64,000 bases of DNA. It comes from an uncultured virus (IMG/VR IMGVR_UViG_3300032073_000001) (taxonomy: Duplodnaviria > Heunggongvirae > Uroviricota > Caudoviricetes). Each line of letters opens with the position of its first letter. Position 1 is the first letter of the stretch. The position numbers and the translations under genes are program-made. The notes beneath the pieces were generated by a model. That model was not told the DNA's origin. It did not search any database and saw only the letters and a list, made by a program, of their open reading frames with translations. Location: the IMG/VR virus record IMGVR_UViG_3300032073_000001, one strand, 5' to 3'. Shown piece by piece: positions 47,045 to 55,689 of this stretch.

Positions 47045-47434
47045 TTAATGGATAGTTTTCTTACTAGATTGTTCTTCATTATATACTTCATCTATTAATT
47101 CATCATATTCTGCCTGCAATTGTTCTTCAGTCTTAAATTCCGGAGGACTGTTACGTGGAGGAGTGGCAGTGACCGCCTTCACATAAGTTTCTTTTACATC
47201 TAAATCGATTTCGACATGTGCTAATATATCAGAACCCATTATAGTAAAAAGCTTTTTCTGAGAGAATGGAAACCAAGGTTGTAATTGATATCCACCTAAC
47301 ATGTTAGATCTAATAGTAACAGGCCTTTCAATTGTCCATTTTTGTTGATCAACTTTAGTGACTAATGCTAATATTTCTTCGCCATTGATCAACTTAATTT
47401 GTCTAATATTTAATGCATCGAATGGTTGTGTCAT
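47045..47434 (-). CDS. Sm-like conserved hypothetical protein downstream of uvsW
   Basis: IKLINGEEILA, PWFPFS. Confidence 0.7.
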   Translation of the reverse strand: MTQPFDALNIRQIKLINGEEILALVTKVDQQKWTIERPVTIRSNMLGGYQLQPWFPFSQKKLFTIMGSDILAHVEIDLDVKETYVKAVTATPPRNSPPEFKTEEQLQAEYDELIDEVYNEEQSSKKTIH

Positions 47435-48909
47435 ATCTTTATCTCGTTAATATTATATTCAAATTTTTCTTTACTGTATATAGATATACGTTCTCCAGCA
47501 TGATTTAATGTATAGTTCTTTTGAGTCTTCCAATGTAAATCATCTGCGATATCATATATAATAGTATTTATACCATCCCCACTCTTACGAAGCCCTCTTC
47601 CAATCGATTGTAATACACGAATCTGACTCTTAGAGGGCGAAGCAAATATAATATTATGTAATTTCTTAATGTTAATTCCAGTAGAAAAGGTTCCTAAACT
47701 CGCAACAATAATAGCGTTATCTTCCCTTTCAGTGATAGCTCTAATATTCTCGCGCGTGTCGACATCGGTTTCACCACTCACATAAAATAATTTTCGATCT
47801 TTATCTACTTTTTTCTTTAAAATATCGTGTAATGGTTTACCGTGTTTCTCTACATATTGAAATAATACTAAAGTATTACCATTAATTTTGGTTGCCAAAT
47901 CAGATATAAATTCATTTCTAGGTCCATAACGTACAATAAAATCTAACTCATCTTGATATTTCATTTTTGACACTGCTTTACAGTATTCATCATTATATTT
48001 AAGTAGAAGTATACGTATTTCTAATTGTGCTAGATCATCTGCATCCATCAAATCCTTTGTTGTTGTAACTTTATATACTGGTCCGAATAATCCTTCTAAT
48101 ACCAATTGATGTGTTTGAGTTCCGTCTAATGTGCCAGTTGTGCCTATTCGATATTTAGCATTAACACATTTTTCCATAATAGCGGTTAACGATTTTGCCT
48201 TAAAATTATGAGCTTCATCACCAATAACCATGCCATAATCTTTAAACCATGGTGTAGGCATTTTATATACAGATTGCCAAGTTGTTATGATAACTCTATG
48301 GTTTAAATTGATTTTTTCTTTGCCAGAATATATACGATGACAATTATCTGCTACATTCCAACTATCGGTTGAACTATAGTCTCCAAAATCAGAATACATT
48401 TGTTCAACCAAAGACGTAGTAGGTACTACAATTAATACATTTTGATTTTTATTATTTTCTAAGAAGTGACGTATGGCCAAGTAAATCATTAAAGATTTTC
48501 CAGAGGCAGTAGGACTTAATAATAAAGATTTATGATTAGATAACGCATGCTTCACCCCCGCCAGCTGGTACCCCCGGGGGCGTATGAGCGCGCCTGCGGC
48601 CGTCAGGGGCAGGCGGGAAACAAGATCATCTACATTTTCTTTTCCTATAGGTCTATAATCTGTGACAAGACTATATCCTCTTTGCTCTGCGAATTCCTTT
48701 AAGTAATTAAATAATCCACAATATATTGTTTTCTTTCTATAATCGAATAGACGAATCTTACCGTCCCACATTCTATTTTTATATGCAGGCATAAACTTAT
48801 AACCTGGAACATAAAAACAAAAATGTTCAGACAACTCTCTTTCTGTACTAGCTTCACAGCTTACTTGCAAAAAGCTTTCGTTTAATTTACCTACAACAAT
48901 ACGTTCCAT
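47431..48909 (-). CDS. uvsW: SF2 helicase UvsW
   Basis: WDGKIRL, PTASGKS, DEAH, QSIGRGLR. Confidence 0.95.
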   Translation of the reverse strand: MERIVVGKLNESFLQVSCEASTERELSEHFCFYVPGYKFMPAYKNRMWDGKIRLFDYRKKTIYCGLFNYLKEFAEQRGYSLVTDYRPIGKENVDDLVSRLPLTAAGALIRPRGYQLAGVKHALSNHKSLLLSPTASGKSLMIYLAIRHFLENNKNQNVLIVVPTTSLVEQMYSDFGDYSSTDSWNVADNCHRIYSGKEKINLNHRVIITTWQSVYKMPTPWFKDYGMVIGDEAHNFKAKSLTAIMEKCVNAKYRIGTTGTLDGTQTHQLVLEGLFGPVYKVTTTKDLMDADDLAQLEIRILLLKYNDEYCKAVSKMKYQDELDFIVRYGPRNEFISDLATKINGNTLVLFQYVEKHGKPLHDILKKKVDKDRKLFYVSGETDVDTRENIRAITEREDNAIIVASLGTFSTGINIKKLHNIIFASPSKSQIRVLQSIGRGLRKSGDGINTIIYDIADDLHWKTQKNYTLNHAGERISIYSKEKFEYNINEIKI

Positions 48910-48924
48910 TATATAAGATCTCTA

Positions 48925-49368
48925 TTATATTCCACTAGTAAATTTACGCCACTCAATCATATTTTTAATATTCTGATGTCTCCACTTAATGATATCTAAT
49001 ATTTCTTTTAATACTGAAGATAATTCTTCTAGATATGCCATTTTAGCTTGATGTTCCTGTATAATAGGATCTGCATCATAGTATTTATCTAAATCACCTT
49101 TAAGTACAGTAACACCTCCCAAAGGATCGTATTCCCATCCCTTTGAATCTAATTCTTCTTTAGAGAGTTTACCTCCATAATGATTAAATTTATCTCGTAA
49201 TATCACTTTATATTCTAGTTCTGATTTTTTAAGACGCATACGATTAGAGCTTAGTAACTCTAAGTATTTTGAGTGTAATTTTGCGGATTCTCTAGAAGCT
49301 TCGTCTAACTGCATTTCGTCTATTATGCAGTCTTTTTTCCACATCTCAAGTATTGATTCTAAATTCAT
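48925..49368 (-). CDS. uvsY: recombination mediator UvsY
   Basis: LHSKYL, IKNMIEWRKF. Confidence 0.92.
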   Translation of the reverse strand: MNLESILEMWKKDCIIDEMQLDEASRESAKLHSKYLELLSSNRMRLKKSELEYKVILRDKFNHYGGKLSKEELDSKGWEYDPLGGVTVLKGDLDKYYDADPIIQEHQAKMAYLEELSSVLKEILDIIKWRHQNIKNMIEWRKFTSGI

Positions 49369-49398
49369 AATTTCTCCATATTAAAATGATAACTGTAT

Positions 49399-49427
49399 AT
49401 TATACCACATTTTGTGGCATTTGTACA
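49399..49427 (-). promoter_or_regulatory. sigma70-like promoter of uvsY
   Basis: TGTACA-17 nt-TATAAT. Confidence 0.8.
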
Positions 49428-49430
49428 TGT

Positions 49431-49892
49431 TTAAATAAATTCGAAGTTTGTATATTTAAACGTTACCGTTGCCTGCAAGTATTCAACATCAGATGCTTGT
49501 GATGTAAAATCGACACCACTTAAACTTGTAGGAAAACAATCACTAAACCTTATTTCTTTATTTACATTATTGTGTGACGACAATACACTTAATATAGCAT
49601 CAGAAGTAAAAAGCTCGTTAGTCGTAATACAATTGTGCAACCAATCGAATGTCTCTTTATAATTTTCCATATCTTCTGTGATATTAAATGTAATAGTTAA
49701 ATCATCAAATGTCAATCTATCACCAGTAAAACCTAAATTAACACCTTTGTATGGTGTTTCAACCGCGGTTAAACTTACTGAAGGTAAAGATACGCTTTGA
49801 CAGAAATAATCTAAATTCGGATATTTGTTATTGTCAATATTAAATTTAAACCCTATAGGTGTTAAAAAGTTTTTATTAGTCGTTACTGCCAT
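49431..49892 (-). CDS. 3: tail completion / tube terminator gp3-like
   Basis: NFLTPIGFKF, EDMENY, FPTSL; synteny after gp23. Confidence 0.8.
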   Translation of the reverse strand: MAVTTNKNFLTPIGFKFNIDNNKYPNLDYFCQSVSLPSVSLTAVETPYKGVNLGFTGDRLTFDDLTITFNITEDMENYKETFDWLHNCITTNELFTSDAILSVLSSHNNVNKEIRFSDCFPTSLSGVDFTSQASDVEYLQATVTFKYTNFEFI

Positions 49893-50136
49893 TTAATTCT
49901 CCGTACCAATTCCATCGACCGTTTTCTTGATCTTGTTTATTGTAATTCTTCCAAAGCCAATCGTGAAATTTAGTTTTGTATTCTTCATATGTGTATGATG
50001 TAGATCCAAATGATTTGTTTTCGTCACAATTATCTAACCACATTCTTGTCGTATATTGTTCGAATTCAGTTTCTAATTCTGCATCACCATCCCAATTGAG
50101 TTCGGTATGTTGCTTTTGTATTGTTTTATAATTCAT
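49876..50136 (-). CDS. hypothetical protein
   Basis: start MNYKT 5 nt after late promoter. Confidence 0.6.
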   Translation of the reverse strand: MNYKTIQKQHTELNWDGDAELETEFEQYTTRMWLDNCDENKSFGSTSYTYEEYKTKFHDWLWKNYNKQDQENGRWNWYGELNGSND

Positions 50137-50141
50137 ATATC

Positions 50142-50149
50142 TATTTATA
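50142..50149 (-). promoter_or_regulatory. T4-type late promoter
   Basis: TATAAATA. Confidence 0.8.
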
Positions 50150-50152
50150 CGC

Positions 50153-50183
50153 AAAAAAAAGCAGGATCCGAAGATCCTGCTTT
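50153..50183 (-). terminator. rho-independent terminator after gene 23
   Basis: GCAGGATC-TTCG-GATCCTGC then T-run (CUUCGG tetraloop). Confidence 0.92.
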
Positions 50184-50205
50184 AAAAGTGTGAAGACTTT
50201 TAGGT

Positions 50206-51528
50206 TTACACCATAATGTCGTCGACTCTGAAGATTCTGAAATAAGGGTTAGCTCTATCAGTACCTGTTCCGTCAGCGGCAACAAATGGGTTAGTAACCA
50301 TACCATATCTAGTTTTGAAACCGATTCTTGGTTGGAAGTCGCTCTCACCAATCGCTTTAACCATAGTTAAAGGAACGTAAGGGCAGTAGAACATACCTGC
50401 GTCATAAGGATTAGATCCTCTATAACCAACACAAGCAAAGTCTATTGTTGCATAAGGATCGATATAAACTTTCATACGACCATTAAGAACACCAGCAAAA
50501 GTATTACCAGTATCATCAACATTTAGGTTTGTAGCTAGAGCTGGAGAATAATCCAATACACCAGCAGCAGCCAATGCAGAAGCAACATCAGAAGAACAAA
50601 GAACAAAGTTACCTTTTCCTCTTCTTGTTTCTTTTGAGATCACGTTAGCTTCTCTTTCGAGTTGCATAACTAGACCTTTGAATTTTTCAGCCATCCATCT
50701 ACCATCTGAGTCAGTTGCAACATCAAAGATACCGCTTACTGCTGTAGATGATTGAAGAGCACCGATCTTAGCTTTAGTAAGAATAGTTCTTACCATTTCT
50801 CTGTTGATTTCCGCAAGGATCTCAGCAGAAAGAATGTTAGCTAATTCGCCTTCAGCGTCAAGACCGTGGATTGCTTTAAGATCTTGAGCAAGTTCCATAG
50901 TGTATTCAGCTTTTAGAGCTCTAGATTTTGCAGTCACTGTTGATTTCTCGATTGAGAAAGCCATTTCAGCGAATGCTGCGCCTGCTCCACCAGTAGTTCC
51001 TCTGGCTTCAGCAGTTGCTGTTGGTAAACCTGTACCGAATGTGTTAGTGATGGTAGCAGCTGCTGAATCGACGATCGTTCCGTCTGAGTCACCATCAGTT
51101 GCTCCACCTAATCCAGTAGGTTCTGCTTGATGAGTTCCAGTTCCTGAGAAATCAGTATCTGCTTCATCAAATAAAGCTTCAGTACCACCTTGAGTGCTGT
51201 ACTTAGACTTCATTGCAAAGATAAGACCAGTTGGTCCTGTCATTGGTTGAACACCTGCGATATCGTAAGCGATAAGGTTAGGCATTGCACGTCTTACTAG
51301 AGAGATAAGAACCGGATCAAAGTTATCGATGTTAGAGCCAGTTGCGTTAGCAGCTGCTTCTGTTACGAATCCTTGTGATTGGTTTCTTTCTTCTTGTAAG
51401 GCGATTTCTTGGTTTTCCAAGAGTCGAGCTGTAACAGCTTGCTTGTACTTGCTATCAATAGCAGGAGCATCTGAGTGCTCAAGTACAGGAGACCATTTCT
51501 CGACTAATTTATTATCTGCGTTAAACAT
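50206..51528 (-). CDS. 23: major capsid protein gp23
   Basis: GVQPMTGPTGLIFAM, KSRALKAEYT.ELAQDLKAIHGLDAE, FKTRYG. Confidence 0.98.
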   Translation of the reverse strand: MFNADNKLVEKWSPVLEHSDAPAIDSKYKQAVTARLLENQEIALQEERNQSQGFVTEAAANATGSNIDNFDPVLISLVRRAMPNLIAYDIAGVQPMTGPTGLIFAMKSKYSTQGGTEALFDEADTDFSGTGTHQAEPTGLGGATDGDSDGTIVDSAAATITNTFGTGLPTATAEARGTTGGAGAAFAEMAFSIEKSTVTAKSRALKAEYTMELAQDLKAIHGLDAEGELANILSAEILAEINREMVRTILTKAKIGALQSSTAVSGIFDVATDSDGRWMAEKFKGLVMQLEREANVISKETRRGKGNFVLCSSDVASALAAAGVLDYSPALATNLNVDDTGNTFAGVLNGRMKVYIDPYATIDFACVGYRGSNPYDAGMFYCPYVPLTMVKAIGESDFQPRIGFKTRYGMVTNPFVAADGTGTDRANPYFRIFRVDDIMV

Positions 51529-51551
51529 TTGTTTCCCCTTAATAGATAAAA

Positions 51552-52712
51552 TTAATTATTGTGTTTTGATATAGCTTGTGTGTATCTGCTCATAACATCT
51601 GAAATTTCAACCGGAGTTGAATCATTTCCTATGACAGCGTCTACTTCACTTACAGGTTCGGCTGAATCATCTTTGAAGTAAGATTCTTTGACAGTATTAA
51701 CTTTCATTTCGAAAGTTTCTTTGTCATCAAAATCAATATCTTCGACCAATGATGCAAGCTTCTCTGCGTCAGTGTCAGCAAGCCCTGAAGAAGCTTCTCT
51801 TATTACACTGTCTTTCTCAAATCTTTGAGATTTTTCGTGTAACGCGATGTTTTCTTCTGTGGTTTTATTGAGTTGTTCTTCAAGCTCAGAAACTTGATCG
51901 GCCATATCGTCGATTAAGTTTTCTTTACCATCTGGTACATCAATATAATGTTCCTTGAAGACAGTTTGTAAAGAATCCATAAATGATTCTGCAATTTCAG
52001 TCCTAAGACCAGTTGTAACTGCAACTTCATTTTCTTTCATCCAATTTTCAACAACATAGTTCAGATAGTTATCAACTTTCTCAACCATTGATGTTTGAAT
52101 TTCACCAACTTCTTCTTCAAGATTTTGCGCGTATTCGCCTTCCATTCTTTCGATTTCTGCACTTAGTTTTGACTTAAGTGTTGCTTCGAAGATTGCTTCA
52201 GCCTTCGCTCTAAATCCTTCAGACAATGTAGCTTCATCAGATACTAATGCATCTAAATCTTCTGAATAATCAAATTCCACTGATTCTGCTTTAGCAGCAG
52301 CATCACTTTTCTTAGCTTTGATACTTTTATCACCAGCTTTTGGTGCAGCAGCAATAGCTTTAGCAACGGAACCATCATCTTCAGACTCATCGACTTTAGT
52401 CATTTTAGCAAACATAGCTTGCGCTTCATGTTTTTTTGCTTTCTTTAGCATCTCGACTGCAGCGTTAATAACACCAGCTTTAGTTGAAGGAGTTTTTAAA
52501 GCAGGAGCAGTTTCTTCTACTTCTTCTTTTTCTTCTTCTTCGTCTTTAGCTTCTGTTACTTCTTCAGTTTCTGCGTCTTCAGAAATTTCCTCGTTTCCAA
52601 CTTCGTTTTCAACGAGCTCTTCTGAAGTTTCCACTTCAACTTGCTCTGCATCTTGAGATTCTGCTAAATCGGCAGCAGTTTCTTCAACTGCATTTTTGTC
52701 CAATTCTGACAT
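51552..52712 (-). CDS. 22: prohead scaffold gp22
   Basis: acidic coiled coil, YLNYVVENWM, synteny. Confidence 0.9.
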   Translation of the reverse strand: MSELDKNAVEETAADLAESQDAEQVEVETSEELVENEVGNEEISEDAETEEVTEAKDEEEEKEEVEETAPALKTPSTKAGVINAAVEMLKKAKKHEAQAMFAKMTKVDESEDDGSVAKAIAAAPKAGDKSIKAKKSDAAAKAESVEFDYSEDLDALVSDEATLSEGFRAKAEAIFEATLKSKLSAEIERMEGEYAQNLEEEVGEIQTSMVEKVDNYLNYVVENWMKENEVAVTTGLRTEIAESFMDSLQTVFKEHYIDVPDGKENLIDDMADQVSELEEQLNKTTEENIALHEKSQRFEKDSVIREASSGLADTDAEKLASLVEDIDFDDKETFEMKVNTVKESYFKDDSAEPVSEVDAVIGNDSTPVEISDVMSRYTQAISKHNN

Positions 52713-52732
52713 TTTTCTCTCCTTTATAGAGT

Positions 52733-53380
52733 TTAAAGTTTAGAGAGGAAATTTTTAAACGCTCGAATCTGCGCCTCAGCTAAATGCTTCGACGGAGTAC
52801 GCTTAATTTCAGTCTCAATCTTTTCAATTTCTTGCGCTTCCAATATACCGTTATTCCATATCCAATCTACTCCTTCCATAATTCCATTGACAAATGCCTC
52901 TGGAGCGGAAGGATCTTGAACGATATCTACTGTGGCTAACATAAAGTCAGACCCAACATAACTAGTACCATTTTTCTGTACAAGACTACCCATACCACGA
53001 CTTGATACACCAAGCTTAACACCTCCATCTAACAAACCTTCAACGATTTGTCCCATAGGGGTTTTAAGGATTGATGCTTTTCCTACAACATTATTTCCCT
53101 CAAATCTGAGTTCAGTAATTTTGTGTGAAACCTTATCTAAGTTAATCGTAGGTCCTTCTGGGTGATTTAACTCACCTACAGCTCTACCACTTTTAACTTG
53201 TTCAGCAACGTATTTATTTACCGCTGCTTCTAAAATCTTTTTCTCATATATGCGACCGTTTCGATTTTTCTTATCGGCTTGCATAAACACGCCTTCAATA
53301 ACGTGTTGTTTGCCACCTGTTTTGGTAGCTTCAGTGTAACATTGAATGTTACTATCTGTGTATTCGGCTATTAGCTTCAT
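52733..53380 (-). CDS. 21: prohead protease gp21
   Basis: NRNGRIY, GELNHP, GVSSRGMGS, DPSAP. Confidence 0.96.
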   Translation of the reverse strand: MKLIAEYTDSNIQCYTEATKTGGKQHVIEGVFMQADKKNRNGRIYEKKILEAAVNKYVAEQVKSGRAVGELNHPEGPTINLDKVSHKITELRFEGNNVVGKASILKTPMGQIVEGLLDGGVKLGVSSRGMGSLVQKNGTSYVGSDFMLATVDIVQDPSAPEAFVNGIMEGVDWIWNNGILEAQEIEKIETEIKRTPSKHLAEAQIRAFKNFLSKL

Positions 53381-53382
53381 AT

Positions 53383-53553
53383 TTAATCTTCTTGTTTTTC
53401 TTTAACTCGATCGATAACGCTAGAGCCCAGTTCAACTTTCTTAGCATCCATCACAGCATTTATTTTCTGCGACATCAGCTGATCGAAAGCTTTATTTGCA
53501 CTCACAAGATCGTCATCTTTCACGTTAGTAATTAACTCTTCAACGTTACTCAT
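53383..53553 (-). CDS. 67: prohead core protein gp67-like (not in ORF track)
   Basis: MSNVEELITNVKDDDLVSANKAFDQLM..., between genes 20 and 21. Confidence 0.7.
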   Translation of the reverse strand: MSNVEELITNVKDDDLVSANKAFDQLMSQKINAVMDAKKVELGSSVIDRVKEKQED

Positions 53554-53573
53554 TCTTCTTGTTTCCTTTAATA

Positions 53574-53581
53574 TATTTATA
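53574..53581 (-). promoter_or_regulatory. T4-type late promoter
   Basis: TATAAATA. Confidence 0.8.
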
Positions 53582-53586
53582 ATAAT

Positions 53587-55074
53587 TTAGATGTCAAGGT
53601 CTAATTCCATGTCTCCCCCAGCAGCTTTTTCAGCATTTATTTGCTTATCAAGCTCTTTTATTTCAAGGTCGGACTGTCTTAAGATCTTTTTTCTAATCCA
53701 TTCATCTGAAACATACTTACCAACATACTCATCAAGTGTTGATAACATTTCAAATCTTTCTCTATACATTTCAGATTCTTTTAATTCTGCAAAATAGTTA
53801 TCTTCAATAAAATCAAAAACAATATCTTGTCTAAACTTTTTCCAATCATCTTTTGTAATTACGCCCTTAAGCAACAGCTGAGTTTTCAGTATTTGCATAA
53901 AGACATCTGAGAATCTTTTACGAAGTCTATCAATAAACTTCTTAAATTTCACTTCGTCACGTGTTATTTCTGTACTTCTTCCTAAACTAAATTGAGCTTC
54001 TTGTTCTAACCTATTTAAAGGTACATTTAAACTTCTATATAGTTTTTTCTGAAAATATAAAATATCATCGATTTGCCCAAGATTTTCTCCACCAGGTAAA
54101 GTACTAATTTCAGTACCTCTACCGCCTTCACGTCTAGGTAAGAAGAAGTCTTCTAACATTGACATGTGTTTACGATCATCTTTGACTGCACCAGTGCTAG
54201 CATCATATACTAATTTGTTACGATACTTATTCATAATGTTGGTTAAGTATTCTTCAGCTTTACCCTTAGGTAAATTACCAACATCAATATAAAATATACG
54301 TCTTTCAGGCGCACGCGATATTCTATAAATTACAAGTGAATCTTCCATCATTCTAAGTTGATTCACAGGCTTAATTGCTTTATGCAAATAAGATAAAATT
54401 CTTCTTCGTGAAGGATCTAACATTCCAGATGTGCCATATATAATAGCGTCTGGATGTATTTTTAAACCTTCGTTTGCTTTACCCATTTTATCGTCTTGAA
54501 ATAAGAAATATTCTTTTTGTTTAACGATAACCTCAGCTCCGGTTTTAGGATCTGCCTTTGATTCTATCTCTTTCACTTTTCTAAGTTTAATAGGATCAAT
54601 ATATCTAAGTTCTCTAATACCACCTTTAGGATTTTTTTCGTCTATAATAACATGAAATGGTAATCTACCATCTACATACCATTTTCTAAAAATGTCTGAG
54701 CCGTATTGCGTAAAATCCAATAATCGCAATGCTACTTTAAATTCATTTCTGATACTATCTTTTATTTTATCAGATATATCTACTTTATCTAAAACGATAT
54801 TTACTGGAGCACTATCTCCATCACCAATGATAGATTCATTAACAATATCATCAATAGCTGCATCCGTTTCAGGTTGAGTAGCTACATCTCGATATTTAAT
54901 AATTAAATCAATTTCATTTTTTACTTTATCGCCATCTAAATCAATATATGCACCAAAATGACCGCCGCTAGAAATAACTCCAGCACCGTCTTGCTCGGTG
55001 TTAGGTACAAAAGAGACCGGCTCTGCGGCTTTTGAACCTTTTCTATTAATTTCGAATCCGAATAATTCTGCCAT
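53587..55074 (-). CDS. 20: portal protein gp20
   Basis: WYVDGR, RAPERRIFYIDVGNLP, LPRREGGRGTEI. Confidence 0.97.
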   Translation of the reverse strand: MAELFGFEINRKGSKAAEPVSFVPNTEQDGAGVISSGGHFGAYIDLDGDKVKNEIDLIIKYRDVATQPETDAAIDDIVNESIIGDGDSAPVNIVLDKVDISDKIKDSIRNEFKVALRLLDFTQYGSDIFRKWYVDGRLPFHVIIDEKNPKGGIRELRYIDPIKLRKVKEIESKADPKTGAEVIVKQKEYFLFQDDKMGKANEGLKIHPDAIIYGTSGMLDPSRRRILSYLHKAIKPVNQLRMMEDSLVIYRISRAPERRIFYIDVGNLPKGKAEEYLTNIMNKYRNKLVYDASTGAVKDDRKHMSMLEDFFLPRREGGRGTEISTLPGGENLGQIDDILYFQKKLYRSLNVPLNRLEQEAQFSLGRSTEITRDEVKFKKFIDRLRKRFSDVFMQILKTQLLLKGVITKDDWKKFRQDIVFDFIEDNYFAELKESEMYRERFEMLSTLDEYVGKYVSDEWIRKKILRQSDLEIKELDKQINAEKAAGGDMELDLDI

Positions 55075-55100
55075 ATTATATTTTACTCCGTAACATTATC

Positions 55101-55123
55101 GGAGAGGCCTTTTCGGCCTCTCC
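55101..55123. other. GC-rich hairpin in gene 20 leader
   Basis: GGAGAGGCC/GGCCTCTCC 9-bp stem, no U-tract. Confidence 0.6.
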
Positions 55124-55131
55124 TCTAATAT

Positions 55132-55139
55132 TATTTATA
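55132..55139 (-). promoter_or_regulatory. T4-type late promoter
   Basis: TATAAATA. Confidence 0.8.
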
Positions 55140-55149
55140 CAACTTATTT

Positions 55150-55677
55150 TTAGCTAGTTGTGTCAGATTCCCAATAAGTACAAGCTAAATCAACTGCGAA
55201 TTCTTCGATTGCATCGGCAGAATCGTAGTTAAGATCGATTGCAGCTACTGAGACAGGCCAACACCCTCTCATATTATAAGTTTTAACGGTTTCGCCAGCT
55301 TTATCAAGCTGTTCAATTACGATGTCGGATGAATAATCAGTAACATTGGCTATACCAGTATTACTTTCATGTCCATTAATTCCGTTCATCCATCTTTCGA
55401 ACGCGTTCCTAACAGCAAAGTCAACATCATTGATAATAGTTAGTCCTACATTTTCGAACGTTCTATCACCAGCAACTTGAAACTTTCTTCCTCTAAATGC
55501 AACTTCTACAGTACCAAGCGTTGATGCTGGTATTGCGATTTGTTTACACATAAATGAAGTCAATTCAACATCTCCCTGAGCATAAGCTGGGAAATTAACA
55601 GTTGCTTTGAACATATTAGGACGTGCACCGCCACCAGTAAGTTTAGATTTAAAATCGTCTACTCCTAAAATTGCCAT
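55150..55677 (-). CDS. 19: tail tube protein gp19
   Basis: GGGARPNMF, FRGR...AGDRTF, IEEF. Confidence 0.94.
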   Translation of the reverse strand: MAILGVDDFKSKLTGGGARPNMFKATVNFPAYAQGDVELTSFMCKQIAIPASTLGTVEVAFRGRKFQVAGDRTFENVGLTIINDVDFAVRNAFERWMNGINGHESNTGIANVTDYSSDIVIEQLDKAGETVKTYNMRGCWPVSVAAIDLNYDSADAIEEFAVDLACTYWESDTTS

Positions 55678-55689
55678 GATGTCCTCCTA

